A DNA stretch of 28,610 bases from Terrimicrobiaceae bacterium (GTDB taxonomy: Bacteria; Verrucomicrobiota; Verrucomicrobiia; Chthoniobacterales; Terrimicrobiaceae): positions 1 to 28,610 of the forward strand of contig JBGSVZ010000069.1 in the NCBI GenBank assembly GCA_041752695.1. Reading direction: 5' to 3'. Under the pieces are notes generated by a model. That model worked only from the letters and a program-made list of their open reading frames with translations, was not told the origin of the DNA and did no database searches. Numbering within the stretch: position 1 is the stretch's first letter; every line of letters starts with the position of its first letter. The translations under genes were made by a program, and so were the position numbers. Shown here in pieces: positions 8,558-18,497 of the stretch.

Positions 8558-10183
8558 TCAGTCCCTGGTAGGTTTTTCCGCCACCAAAACCATGTTGGTG
8601 GGCGGGAAATCAACTGCTGCGCCCGAATGATCCGGCCGCGAGAGGCGCACTTTGCCTTCGAACCGATTCTCCGCGATCCAAGGATTGCAATAGGCGCGGG
8701 AAAGTCGCTGTCCGGAGACCTCGTGTTCGATCAATTCAAAGCCGGTCTCGTTGAGGGCCTGCCGCCACTGGCTGAGACTCCAGAAACAGAACTCCTCATT
8801 CATCTCCGAGGCCCAATTGTCCACGTAGTCTTTCTTGGAGAGGAATTCAGCGGCGAGGCGAAGTGGCACCCGGTGCGTATCGCTTCCGTTGGAGGCGGTT
8901 GGCAGCGACGGCACAAGAACAGCTCTTCGGCGCCGGCCTTTGAGAAAATCCTGCAAAAACACATGGAATCTCCCGAGGGTGGAAAGCGAGTTTAGAAATC
9001 CCTGACTGCGATCTGTCGTCTTTGCCGCTTCATCGGGGGAAAGCACTTTCCCATCGGCTCCATTGCACCACAGATCAATTTCCTCATCGGCGTTTTCGGG
9101 GCCGACAACGTCGCGAATGATCAGCCGTCCGCCTGGACGCAGTTGGCGGAATTTTTCCTGAAGGTAGGATCGGACGGTTTTCTCACCGTCGGCATAACTC
9201 CAGAGTTCGTGAAGCGTGCTGTTGCAAAGGGTCGTGTCGATCGACTCGGGATCGAACAGGGGATCGAGCAGATTTCTGAGATAAAAATGAGCGTAGCTTC
9301 CCCCGAAGTCGCCGGAGCGCCGCCTTTCTTCAAAGCGGTGGGCAAATTCCGCGGAGAGATCGATGCCGTAGAGGTCCGAGTCGGGAAAATCCCGGGAAAT
9401 CTCCGCGAGAAGTCCGCCGTCCGCGCAGCCTTCGTCGGCAATTCTGCCGGAGCGGATGGCTGGTGCTATGTCGAGATACTTGAGTCGCATGATCTCGTTC
9501 ATGCCGCGGGCGTAACTGTTGTAGTTGCGGTTTTCAGTGAGACTGCCTTCCTGGTTGGTCAGGGGGTCCCGGTAAAGACGGATGATGCGGTGGGGGATTT
9601 CGGGAAAATCGGCAAAGAGCGAAGAACTGCTTGGCGCAAGTTGGTTTTGGAGAGACGCGGATTGCGGCCAGTTTTCCCCTTCCTCGGCCAGTGTCCGAAT
9701 CAAGTCGATGGGAACGGGCGCGCCGGGGGTTGTTTGTTCGGCGGTGAGGATGGAAAAGCCGAGGTCTTGATAGAGGGCGATGACTTCGGGCGTCGAACAA
9801 AGCACGACACAGTTGGAGGGATCGAGGTCGATGAGCCCCTCGCTTTGATCCCTGATTTCCTTCACGGTGAATTCCGCAAACGAGGTGATGTGGCCGTAGT
9901 GCGGAATGCCAAAAATCCGATGACGGACCGATGTCTGCAAATCCCGCGCAAAACGATCTACCGAGATGGCCCGGGCATGGAAGGGGATGGGATTGTAGCG
10001 CGAGTTGGCCTGGTTTGAGGATGTGATCGCGAAAACGATTTGATCGATTTTGTTGTTCGGAAGGGTGGCCGAACGCACCAGCCCCGGAAGGGAGGCTGGC
10101 CCAACTGCGAGAACAGCCTTGAGATACTGCGCTTGAAAGCGGGTATTGACGAGATGGCGGCCTGGAAAAAGGAGGGTGCTCAT
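8558..10183 (-). CDS. Fusion: degenerate nucleotidyltransferase (NadM/NMNAT-like) domain + class I SAM-dependent methyltransferase
   Basis: N-terminal LFPGRH...IVFAITSSN...RYNPIPFHAR. C-terminal IADEGCADG, YGIDLS, NSTLHE and LRPGGRLIIRD. Confidence 0.75.
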   Translation of the reverse strand: MSTLLFPGRHLVNTRFQAQYLKAVLAVGPASLPGLVRSATLPNNKIDQIVFAITSSNQANSRYNPIPFHARAISVDRFARDLQTSVRHRIFGIPHYGHITSFAEFTVKEIRDQSEGLIDLDPSNCVVLCSTPEVIALYQDLGFSILTAEQTTPGAPVPIDLIRTLAEEGENWPQSASLQNQLAPSSSSLFADFPEIPHRIIRLYRDPLTNQEGSLTENRNYNSYARGMNEIMRLKYLDIAPAIRSGRIADEGCADGGLLAEISRDFPDSDLYGIDLSAEFAHRFEERRRSGDFGGSYAHFYLRNLLDPLFDPESIDTTLCNSTLHELWSYADGEKTVRSYLQEKFRQLRPGGRLIIRDVVGPENADEEIDLWCNGADGKVLSPDEAAKTTDRSQGFLNSLSTLGRFHVFLQDFLKGRRRRAVLVPSLPTASNGSDTHRVPLRLAAEFLSKKDYVDNWASEMNEEFCFWSLSQWRQALNETGFELIEHEVSGQRLSRAYCNPWIAENRFEGKVRLSRPDHSGAAVDFPPTNMVLVAEKPTRD

Positions 10184-11064
10184 GTCCGATGATAGCGCGG
10201 GGTGAGAACTCCCTGGCCATGCCAGTGGAGTTTGTGGGTGAGGGCATCAAAGAAATCAACTTCCGGCAAGAAGGCGATCGGCACTGTGACTTTGGAGGCC
10301 TGAACGATGATCTTCTGATTGGGGCGAACGCTCCCGAGCGTCGTGCCATCTGCCTGTACTTCACCATCGCCGGAGTTTTCAGTGAGATGCATCTCGATGA
10401 TCCGGTCCCGGCCGACCACGACCGAACGACTGGTCAGCGCCTGCGGGCATATTGGGGTGACGGCGAGAACTTCACATTCGGGGCTCACGATGGGACCGCC
10501 CGCCGCCAAGGCGTAAGCGGTGCTGCCCGTGGGTGTGGCCACGAGAAGCCCGTCGCAGCGATATTGGGTGAGAGGTTTGCCGCCGACTGTGCCGGCAACA
10601 CTGATGAGATGGGGATTGGACCCGCGTGAAATCAAGACGTCATTGAGCGCCCAGCCCACTTTTGCTTTCCGGCCGGCCAGGACCTTCACATCCAGCGCAA
10701 GGCGTTCGCTCACCTCATACTCCCCCTTCAGCACCCGACTGACGGACGATTTGAGATGGCGGCGTTCGAAGGAGGTAATGAAACCCAAATAGCCGATATT
10801 GATACCCAGAAGCGGAATACTGGTTCCCTTGAGTCGGTGAGCGGTTTGCAGCATGGTGCCGTCACCGCCGCATACCAGGGCCAGATCAGCCCGTTGTTTT
10901 CCCAGATCATTCAGCCGCGTTTTCCGCCCTTGCCGGGGATTAAGCGTCTCCACCCATTCCTGCTCGATCTTTTCGCCATCAAGAATCACCTTGAGTTGAG
11001 CCGCCACAGTTTCCGAGTGCTCCTTGGCGGGATTGATGACGACGAGGACTTTTTTGATTTTCAT
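10180..11064 (-). CDS. nadK: NAD kinase
   Basis: GGDGT, GINIGYLGF, ALND and DGLLVATPTGSTAYALAAGGP. Confidence 0.95.
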   Translation of the reverse strand: MKIKKVLVVINPAKEHSETVAAQLKVILDGEKIEQEWVETLNPRQGRKTRLNDLGKQRADLALVCGGDGTMLQTAHRLKGTSIPLLGINIGYLGFITSFERRHLKSSVSRVLKGEYEVSERLALDVKVLAGRKAKVGWALNDVLISRGSNPHLISVAGTVGGKPLTQYRCDGLLVATPTGSTAYALAAGGPIVSPECEVLAVTPICPQALTSRSVVVGRDRIIEMHLTENSGDGEVQADGTTLGSVRPNQKIIVQASKVTVPIAFLPEVDFFDALTHKLHWHGQGVLTPRYHRT

Positions 11065-12068
11065 GGCGATGGAGAGATTTCGGGCGTGTCGCGTTCGAAA
11101 ATTCTTCGATCCACCTCCCGGATCGCCGCGTTCAACCTAGCCTCTCCTGTGCCTTGTATCAGCGCGTAGGGACGGTGGAGACGGTCCAGTCCCGACTGCA
11201 ACTTTTGGAAAAGGAGGTGGCGCTCTTCTTTGTCCGGCATGTAGCGCTGACCGTCGTTTTCCCATTCGAGGTCGCAATCGAGCAGCAGCGTGAGATCGAA
11301 GTGCTGTGCGGTTGCCATTTCGTGGATCCACGTCGGGCAACTTTTAAAAAGAATTTCGCTCCAGACCGTTGTGGTAAGGAGATCGGTGTCCGTAAACAAA
11401 ACCCGGCTAGCTTGTCGGGCGAGCGCAGCCTCCGAGGCGCTGTGCCCACGTGCGATCTGGGGAATATGGTGCTCATCACACCACCCATTGGTGAAGTCCA
11501 GCAATCCGCGGGCGTATTCTTCCACGCAGACCGTTTTGTAGTGCTCCGCCAACTGCCGGGTCAGTGTCGTCTTGCCGGCCGACTCCGGCCCCACAATGGC
11601 GACGCGTTGCAAGAAATAGGGCCGGGCAGTGGGCAAGATGTAATCCCAATATTGAAAGGGATTATTGCGAATCTTGGTGGCTGAAATCGGGACGAGCGAG
11701 CGGGCATGATCAACTGGCACGTATTGGGCTCCGAGCACTTCGGCCAGCTTCCAGCCGTAGTCCTCAGAGGCAAAAACATAGTCAATGGTCTGGCCGGCAT
11801 ACTGCCATACCGCTTTCTGCCAGATCGGCCAGAAGTCCGGGTGCTCGGCAGGTTCTTGCGGGATTTCCTCGGCATGATGGATCACCTTTGCCTTTGGGAA
11901 AAAATCGCGCACCCACTCAAACCTCAAGTCGCCGGGAATCGGTTCGCTCAGAATCGAGCAAACCATTACCACCAACTCGTCCACGTAGCTCGTCCCGAAA
12001 TCGATCAGGTACTGATGCCCTCGGTGAGGCGGGAGAAATTTACCGATGATGAGACCTCGAGTTTTCAC
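11061..12068 (-). CDS. nadR: NadR-type bifunctional NMN adenylyltransferase / ribosylnicotinamide kinase (no HTH)
   Basis: GKFLPPHRGH, ISATKIR, GPESAGKTT P-loop, EYAR and DTD. True start is GTG at 12068 (GTGA overlap with the pnuC stop). Confidence 0.92.
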   Translation of the reverse strand: MKTRGLIIGKFLPPHRGHQYLIDFGTSYVDELVVMVCSILSEPIPGDLRFEWVRDFFPKAKVIHHAEEIPQEPAEHPDFWPIWQKAVWQYAGQTIDYVFASEDYGWKLAEVLGAQYVPVDHARSLVPISATKIRNNPFQYWDYILPTARPYFLQRVAIVGPESAGKTTLTRQLAEHYKTVCVEEYARGLLDFTNGWCDEHHIPQIARGHSASEAALARQASRVLFTDTDLLTTTVWSEILFKSCPTWIHEMATAQHFDLTLLLDCDLEWENDGQRYMPDKEERHLLFQKLQSGLDRLHRPYALIQGTGEARLNAAIREVDRRIFERDTPEISPSP

Positions 12069-12625
12069 GCTTGGTGAAGCTGTTTTTTCCAGGCGAGCAA
12101 ACCGCTGATGGCGAGCCCCAGGAAGACGACATAAAGCCCCATGGTGAGATAGAGTTCTTTGACTCCGTAGATTCCGATCGAAAGCACGTCCACGGTGATC
12201 CAGACAATCCAGCTTTCGAGGACCTTGCGAGCCAGAAACCACTGTGCGATCAGGCTGAGCACTGCCGCCGCGGCATCCCAATAGGGGAGGGCAGCTCCGG
12301 CCCAGCGGTTCATGCTGTAACCCAGAACCACTGTCCCAATTATGGCGGCGAGCGCCCATCCCGCTCTGGCCTTCGACGTAAGCAGACTCACGGGGAGGGG
12401 ATTGTCCCTCGATCCTCCCCGGGCCCAATGCCACCACCCGTAAACTTGAAGAAAGATGTACACGACCTGAAGCGCCATATCGGAGAAGAGCCGCGCTTCG
12501 TAGAAGATCCTGATGTAGAGCACGACCATGACGAGGCCCGTGGGCCAGCAGGCCATGTGCTGGCGGATCGTCAGGATGACGCAGGCGATGCCGAAGACGA
12601 CGGCAATGGCCTCAAGCAGGGTCAT
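12065..12625 (-). CDS. pnuC: Nicotinamide riboside transporter PnuC
   Basis: Multi-TM protein with YGWWHW, PYWDA, AQWFLARKVLESWIVWITVD. Confidence 0.93.
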   Translation of the reverse strand: MTLLEAIAVVFGIACVILTIRQHMACWPTGLVMVVLYIRIFYEARLFSDMALQVVYIFLQVYGWWHWARGGSRDNPLPVSLLTSKARAGWALAAIIGTVVLGYSMNRWAGAALPYWDAAAAVLSLIAQWFLARKVLESWIVWITVDVLSIGIYGVKELYLTMGLYVVFLGLAISGLLAWKKQLHQA

Positions 12626-14603
12626 TTAAATACTTCCGAAGTTCCTCCAATTCCCGTTCAAAGCCGCCCGAGAGGATGGGGAATCGGCACCAGGTTTTTG
12701 GATCGAGGTTCTCGTCGTCGAGGTGAAACGACGGGGCGTACCGTTCCCGCTTCCATTGATTTCGGCACCAAAGTTTGAAAAACCGTTCGATCCACGTTCC
12801 GAATTGTTCGTCGGTGTAGTCGGGAAACTCGAGACGAACGCGATGGAAAACATCGATCGGGCTCAGCTTGTCGCGAATGGCGGCCTTCTCGATTGCATCA
12901 AGAACCGGGTAGGGCATGAGGTCGTCCTCATCTGTCTGCTTGCACTCGCTGGGACGCAATTCGGCCGTTGGCGCCTGGATGTTGATCGCCTTGAGCGCGG
13001 GAATGCCTCCGAGTTCGCGCGGGCCTTCTTTTTCCATCCAGATCAACCACTGCCGGAGAAACGCCTTGTCGATACCGGCAATCGGGCTCAATCCGCCGCT
13101 CGTGTCGCCGTCCATTGTGGCATAACCGACCGCTGCCTCCGAACGATTGCTGGTCGCAAGCAAAAGCGCATTTTGCAGATTGGCCACCATCCAGACACCC
13201 GGCGAACGCACTCGGGCCTGAATGTTTTGCAAAGCGAGATCGTCGGTTTGCCAACTTAGTGTGCGGCCCTTTCCGGCTTCGACCATGGCAGTGTAGCCGT
13301 CGGTCAAAGCGCTGATGTCAAATGTGTAGAATGTGGCGTCAATGGCGCGGGCAATTTCCTGAGCGGCATCGTGTGTTGTCGTCGAGCTGTTCCGGCTCGC
13401 CTGATACACACAGGTCAGCAGTTGTCTGGTCAATGCGCCGTCGTTTTCCGCATTCGCGTCGCTTCGGCCGAGTTTCTCTTGAGTGGCCTCCAGTCCCAGT
13501 TCCTGGGCGGCAAATTTCAACATGAGCGCGACCAGCACACTCACGGCGGCCGAGTCCGCGCCGCCACTCAGCGAGACCACAAACCCGCGGGAATGGCTTT
13601 TGCGCACATAGTCAAAGAGCGCGAGCGCCACCGCTCTGGTGAATTCTTCCTCCTTGAACGTCGGGCTGGTTTCCCAATCTGGAGGAGCCGGCTGAGCTGC
13701 GGCGGGCCGTTCTATTCTCGGCCAGTCGAATTCCGCATCCACAGGTTCCGCCGTTTCGTTGCCGATGTTCGGCCGATAGCTGGCCGACCGCGCCTGGTTC
13801 ATCCGGGTGGCGTCCACGTCGATCAAGGCTGTCGTCACTACCACATCGCGATAGGAAAACCGCGGCCCCCGTGCGACCAGTCGGTCGCCACTGGCAATCA
13901 AGGCGCCGCCGTCGTAGATGGCGCGCCCTGCCTCGTTGCCGAGCAAATTGCTGTAAATATAGGTGGTATGGAAGGCGCGGGCCCCTTCGAGAACGAAACG
14001 TTCCCGCACGCGGATTTTCCCGAAGGCAAAATGGCTGGCGCTCGGATTGAGCAGGATGTCGATCCCCTGGAGAGCCAGCAGCGCGCCAGGGCGAAGAGCC
14101 ACCCACGCGTCTTCGCAAATCTCGAAACCCAGGCGAACGCCGCCGCAGGAAAAGAAAAGATCTCCGATGGGATATTCCCCGCCCAGCACTTCGATGGTTT
14201 GGCGGACCCCGCCGGGCCAGGGTTTGAACCACCGCGGTTCATAGTGGATGCCGTCGCCGGCGAGAAACTGCTTGGCGACAAACCCCAGAATGCGCCCATC
14301 CGCCACGAGACAGACCGTGTTAAACAGCGCATTCTGGAACATGAGGGGAAGGCCGAACGAAACAATCATGCCCTGGGTTTCGGGCACAAGGCGCTCCAGC
14401 ATCGCAAGAGCCTGTTGCTGCGTGCCGTGCGCGTGAAAGGCGTCCTCACAGCCATAGCCGGTCACACACAACTCCGGCAGGCAGAGGATGCTGGCGTTCA
14501 TCGAGCGCGCATCCGCTATGGACTCACGGATGCGGCGTTCATTGCCAATCCAATCCAGTGGCGTCTGATTCAGAACCGCTGCGGCGACTTGGAGGAGTTT
14601 CAT
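12612..14603 (-). CDS. nadE: Glutamine-dependent NAD+ synthetase
   Basis: Nitrilase domain E-K-C triad (PELC, AKQFL, ICED), [27 protein letters not shown] and QWKR. Confidence 0.96.
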   Translation of the reverse strand: MKLLQVAAAVLNQTPLDWIGNERRIRESIADARSMNASILCLPELCVTGYGCEDAFHAHGTQQQALAMLERLVPETQGMIVSFGLPLMFQNALFNTVCLVADGRILGFVAKQFLAGDGIHYEPRWFKPWPGGVRQTIEVLGGEYPIGDLFFSCGGVRLGFEICEDAWVALRPGALLALQGIDILLNPSASHFAFGKIRVRERFVLEGARAFHTTYIYSNLLGNEAGRAIYDGGALIASGDRLVARGPRFSYRDVVVTTALIDVDATRMNQARSASYRPNIGNETAEPVDAEFDWPRIERPAAAQPAPPDWETSPTFKEEEFTRAVALALFDYVRKSHSRGFVVSLSGGADSAAVSVLVALMLKFAAQELGLEATQEKLGRSDANAENDGALTRQLLTCVYQASRNSSTTTHDAAQEIARAIDATFYTFDISALTDGYTAMVEAGKGRTLSWQTDDLALQNIQARVRSPGVWMVANLQNALLLATSNRSEAAVGYATMDGDTSGGLSPIAGIDKAFLRQWLIWMEKEGPRELGGIPALKAINIQAPTAELRPSECKQTDEDDLMPYPVLDAIEKAAIRDKLSPIDVFHRVRLEFPDYTDEQFGTWIERFFKLWCRNQWKRERYAPSFHLDDENLDPKTWCRFPILSGGFERELEELRKYLNDPA

Positions 14604-15109
14604 GGCGCAGCGAGGATTTCTTCGTAAACGCGGAGATCAGCCAGGTTGAAGCAGCAAAAGATAACTTCCTGAATAGGAGGTTTTTTACGGCAGAAATTTT
14701 GCACGGTTCGGACCGCGACCTCGGCCGCCTGTCGAAGGGGATAGCCAAAAATGCCCGTGCTGATGGCGGGGAATGCGATGGAGGCGAGTTGCTTGGTTTC
14801 CGCAATTAACAGGGAGTTGTGATAGCAGGCTTCAAGAAGTGCCGGTTCCCCCTGGCTTCCTCCGCGCCAGACCGGGCCGACTGTGTGAATAACGTATTTT
14901 GCGGGAAGGTTGTAGCCGCGCGTCAGCTTGGCGTCACCGGTCTTGCAGCCTCCCAGTAGTCGGCATTCGTGCAGCATTTCCGATCCAGCGGCGCGATGAA
15001 TTGCCCCATCGACTCCCCCGCCGCCTAGCAGCGAAGAATTTGCTGCGTTCACGATGGCGTCCACGGCCAATTTCGTGATGTCTCCTTGAATTGCGCGAAT
15101 CGAGGTCAT
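14600..15109 (-). CDS. Macrodomain protein (MacroD/YmdB-type ADP-ribosyl hydrolase / O-acetyl-ADP-ribose deacetylase)
   Basis: GDIT, NAAN-x3[16 protein letters not shown] and [11 protein letters not shown]. Confidence 0.95.
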   Translation of the reverse strand: MTSIRAIQGDITKLAVDAIVNAANSSLLGGGGVDGAIHRAAGSEMLHECRLLGGCKTGDAKLTRGYNLPAKYVIHTVGPVWRGGSQGEPALLEACYHNSLLIAETKQLASIAFPAISTGIFGYPLRQAAEVAVRTVQNFCRKKPPIQEVIFCCFNLADLRVYEEILAAP

Positions 15110-15115
15110 CTCGTT

Positions 15116-16579
15116 CTAGGGTTCAAGACCGCGGGCCTTCAGGATCAATTCCGTTTTCAATTGATGGAGGCCAGTTTCCAGGCCAACCGGATATTCGTGG
15201 GGGTTGAGGAAGCGTTTTACGCCGTCATGGAAACCAGCCAGTTGGTCTTTCGTCTTTTGACGGACCATATCGATCTTCGGGCTTTCATAGACCAGGTCGC
15301 CGCGCCGAAAAACCGGCACGAGCAAATCCTCCATGGTCGCTCCGGCTGGGATCTTCTTGCTGCGAGTTATATCGCGAGGATCCACGATGGTATGATCATC
15401 CTTCATGGGAGCGCCTTCGTTGTAGATCATGTCGCCGATAAACTCGCCATCCAGCCGAAAACGGCGGATCTGCTGAATCCCGGGGTTCGAAATTTTGATC
15501 GTCTGCTCCGAGAGTTTGAGGGTGTAACGCCAGGCTCCGGCCCCGTCGCGAATGGCCGCGAGTTTGTAAACCCCGCCCATGGCCGGCTGGTCGTAGGCGG
15601 TGACGAGTTTCGTGCCCACACCCCAAATACTCACCCGGGCGCCCTGTTGTTTCAGGCTGGTGATGATGTGTTCATCAAGGTCGTTGCTCGCCACGATCGA
15701 TGCTTTTGGAAAACCACCCTCATCCAGAATCTTGCGGGCCTCGATGCTCAGATAGGCGAGGTCGCCGGAATCCAGCCGAATTCCCACCATTTCGTTTCCC
15801 TTCTCCCGGAGTCGCTTGCCCACCCGAACGGCGGCCTGGACGCCCTCCAGAGTGTTGTAGGTGTCCACCAGGAAGACGCAGTTGTTTGGCATCGCCCCGG
15901 CATAGGCATCGAAAGCCTCTTCCTCCGCGTCGAACGACATCACCCAGCTGTGCGCGTGGGTTCCCCTCACCGGAATTCCGTACTGCATCCCGGCTCGGAC
16001 ATTCGAAGTGGCGGTGCAACCTCCGATGTGCGCGGCGCGGCTTGCCGCCATCGCACCGTCGATGCCCTGAGCCCGGCGCAGGCCAAATTCCAAAACCGGC
16101 TCGCCCTCGGTCGCCTGACAGACCCGGGCGGCTTTCGTCGCAATGAGGGTTTGGAAATTGACGATGTTCAGCAGGGCGGTTTCCAACAACTGACCTTGCA
16201 GGATCGGCCCGCGCACCCGCACGAGGGGTTCGTGGGGGAAAACAAGAGTTCCCTCCGGAATCGCATCGATGTCGCAGGTGAAGCGAAGGTCCCGGAGATA
16301 ATCGAGAAAACCTTCCTCGAAGAGGGCCATCCCGTCATTGCCTGTCAATGTCCGCAGGTAAGTCAGTTCCTCTTCCTCGAAGCGGAACTCCCGCAAGTAG
16401 TCGATCGCATCCGCCAGTCCACAGGCAACGCTGTAACCGCTCTGAAAGGGATTCTTGCGGAAAAAGAGATGGAAGACCGCTTGACGCTCGTGGCCTCCAT
16501 TTTTCCAATACCCGTAGGCCATGGTGAGCTGATACAGGTCCGTGAGGAGAACCGAGTATTTTTTTCCTGCAGTCGTCAT
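15116..16579 (-). CDS. pncB: Nicotinate phosphoribosyltransferase
   Basis: [39 protein letters not shown] and GGVYKL. Start taken at ATG 16579 because the track start lies inside the operator. Confidence 0.96.
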   Translation of the reverse strand: MTTAGKKYSVLLTDLYQLTMAYGYWKNGGHERQAVFHLFFRKNPFQSGYSVACGLADAIDYLREFRFEEEELTYLRTLTGNDGMALFEEGFLDYLRDLRFTCDIDAIPEGTLVFPHEPLVRVRGPILQGQLLETALLNIVNFQTLIATKAARVCQATEGEPVLEFGLRRAQGIDGAMAASRAAHIGGCTATSNVRAGMQYGIPVRGTHAHSWVMSFDAEEEAFDAYAGAMPNNCVFLVDTYNTLEGVQAAVRVGKRLREKGNEMVGIRLDSGDLAYLSIEARKILDEGGFPKASIVASNDLDEHIITSLKQQGARVSIWGVGTKLVTAYDQPAMGGVYKLAAIRDGAGAWRYTLKLSEQTIKISNPGIQQIRRFRLDGEFIGDMIYNEGAPMKDDHTIVDPRDITRSKKIPAGATMEDLLVPVFRRGDLVYESPKIDMVRQKTKDQLAGFHDGVKRFLNPHEYPVGLETGLHQLKTELILKARGLEP

Positions 16580-16600
16580 ATGGTGTAAAAATGACACTAA
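16580..16600. promoter_or_regulatory. Second NrtR operator
   Basis: ATGGTGT-AAAAATG-ACACTAA, a GT-N7-AC palindrome closely resembling the 8502-8522 site and abutting the pncB start codon. Confidence 0.85.
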
Positions 16601-16616
16601 GTCTGCGCGGAGGCAA
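16588..16616 (-). promoter_or_regulatory. Putative sigma70-like promoter of the pncB unit
   Basis: Minus strand TTGCCT (16616-16611), 17-bp spacer, CATTTT (16593-16588) preceded by TG-N (extended -10-like). Confidence 0.55.
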
Positions 16617-16711
16617 GCCTTTTGCTCGCTGAATCTGCAGTCTCCCTGATGAAGCGGACCGGTCCATTGAAGACCAAAGCCTGCCCTTCTCTCCTCATGG
16701 CCATATTTCCG

Positions 16712-17119
16712 TCAGTCCACCCAGCGACTATCCTCGACCGTGCTCACCTTGCCCCCCTCAAAAGTCACTCGGACGCCGCCTCCGTTCCAGTCGATGAACC
16801 GCCATCCGGGTTTCTTGGTTTCGTAGGCCCAGACCATCCCATCCGAACGATCTGGCGTGCCAAGGAGGTTGTTCACCTCGTCGGCACTCATCCCGGGTTT
16901 GACGCGGTTTGAGATGACTTCCTCCACCACCGAATAGCGGTATTTCAGGTCCGTCCTCCACCGGGATGGAATCCAGGCTGAGGTTTGCGGATAGCGCCAC
17001 TCGTCGATATTCCCCAGCGTCATCGCCCCGCCGAAAAATACAGCCCCGAGAATCCAAGGTGAGAGAATCCCCAGGATGAGAACCAGGAACACCAGCATCA
17101 CCTTGCGCGTCGTTTTCAT
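16712..17119 (-). CDS. Hypothetical membrane-anchored protein with SmpA/OmlA(BamE)-like domain
   Basis: Basic N-terminus plus hydrophobic stretch (MKTTRKVMLVFLVLILGIL), then KPGMSADEVNNLLGTPD...WAY...VTFEGGKV. Confidence 0.65.
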   Translation of the reverse strand: MKTTRKVMLVFLVLILGILSPWILGAVFFGGAMTLGNIDEWRYPQTSAWIPSRWRTDLKYRYSVVEEVISNRVKPGMSADEVNNLLGTPDRSDGMVWAYETKKPGWRFIDWNGGGVRVTFEGGKVSTVEDSRWVD

Positions 17120-17474
17120 GCGCTCGGGATTTTCATTGATGGCTGGAATTCTTGAACCTTGGGTGCTCGGTGCCCAGCCCAAAGTGCCAGATTCGTGCTT
17201 TGTCCTTTGAATACCGTCGGTCCAGGACGCCTGCAATAACGCGGGTTTTGCGGACCGAGGGTCTGCGGATGTCTCTGCCGCCCTTCACGGTGAGATCGTG
17301 AGAAGACTCGAAATCGATTCAAAGGGGCAAAAATATTCAACGGCGCCCGCCTCGCAAAAAGTCGTTCATCATCAACGGATTGCCTGCGCGGTCGAGTTGC
17401 GATTACTGTGCCTGTCCCTGAAAAGCGCAACCCCGCGCTTCCCATTTGCAACCGGTCGGCTACAACCGCAGGAC

Positions 17475-18497
17475 ATGCCGCGTCTCCGGTCCCCCAAGCG
17501 CACTGTGCCTCTCACTCGGCGAGAGCTTCACACTCGTCCGCCCCTTGATCGCATGCAGCAAATATTCCAAGCAATCAAATCCGGGGAATTCCCGAATCGT
17601 CATCGTTTGGCCGCCGACATCGAGGTCACGATTAAGACCATCCAGCGCGACATTGATTTCATGCGGGAGCGCCTGCGCCTGCCGATTGCCTACGATCAGG
17701 AGGGAGGCGGATACCGGTTCACTCAGCCCATTTCAAGCTTCCCCATGGTCGAGTTGACTGAGGCGGAATTGGTCTCGGTCTTCATCGGCCAGAAAGCCCT
17801 CGCTCAATACAAGGGCACGCCGTTCGAGGCTCCGCTGCGTAGCGCCTTTGAAAAACTCACTTCCAACCTTTCCGGCCGACTCACCATGGCTTGGAGCGAC
17901 CTCGATACTCTGGTTTCCTTCAAGAGTTTCGAGATTTCCCCGGTAGATCTCACGACGTTTCAGATCACAAGTGAAGCGGTTCGCAAAAGCATGGAGCTTC
18001 ATTTTGACTACAAGAAATTGGACTCGTCGAAATACGAGAAGCGTATTCTCCAGCCCTACCACCTCGCCTGCATCTTGGATCAATGGTATGTCATCGGGCT
18101 CTGCCTCAAACGCAAAGCCCTCCGCACTTTTGTCCTGGCCCGGATGAAGAATGCGAAGCTTGGCACCACCGCCTTCGAGCGCCCCGCAAATTTTTCCATC
18201 GAGAATCACCTCAAGGACAGCTTCGGCGTCTTCACGGCGAAGGGCAGCCATACCGTCCGCCTGAAGTTCGACTCCTTTGCCGGGCAACTCGTCCGCGAAC
18301 GCATCTGGCACCCCAGCCAGCAAATTCAGGAGATTTCCGACGGGGGCTTGGAACTTACTCTCCAGCTTTCCTCTCTCCACGAGATCGAACCCTGGGTATT
18401 GAGTTGGGGCGAGCACGTCCGTGTCTCGGGACCGTCTGAGCTCAAAAAACGCGTGTCGGCCCGCCTGAAGGCCGCGCTCGGGGGGGCGCTCACATGA
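17475..18497 (+). CDS. WYL-domain transcriptional regulator (wHTH-WYL-WCX; PafBC/BrxR/DriD-like)
   Basis: LAADIEVTIKTIQRDIDFMR HTH, RILQPYHL, QWYVIG, RTFVLARM and WVLSWGEHVRVSGP. Confidence 0.93.
   Translation: MPRLRSPKRTVPLTRRELHTRPPLDRMQQIFQAIKSGEFPNRHRLAADIEVTIKTIQRDIDFMRERLRLPIAYDQEGGGYRFTQPISSFPMVELTEAELVSVFIGQKALAQYKGTPFEAPLRSAFEKLTSNLSGRLTMAWSDLDTLVSFKSFEISPVDLTTFQITSEAVRKSMELHFDYKKLDSSKYEKRILQPYHLACILDQWYVIGLCLKRKALRTFVLARMKNAKLGTTAFERPANFSIENHLKDSFGVFTAKGSHTVRLKFDSFAGQLVRERIWHPSQQIQEISDGGLELTLQLSSLHEIEPWVLSWGEHVRVSGPSELKKRVSARLKAALGGALT

Noticed and set aside
12069..12437. N-terminal extension of NadR in the ORF track
   Set aside because: It overlaps pnuC out of frame and is not an HTH; the GTG at 12068 gives a standard coupled start.
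15086..16588. 500-aa plus-strand ORF, and similar long antisense ORFs at 13371-14627, 9143-10018, 5893-6612, 7079-7852, 23932-24948 and 17733-18416
   Set aside because: They mirror well-supported genes on the opposite strand and lack motifs; this is the expected shadow of GC-rich codon usage.
17298..17474. Extended start of the WYL gene, and a search for a WYL operator in 17120-17474
   Set aside because: The extension is not protein-like, and I found no convincing inverted repeat by eye.
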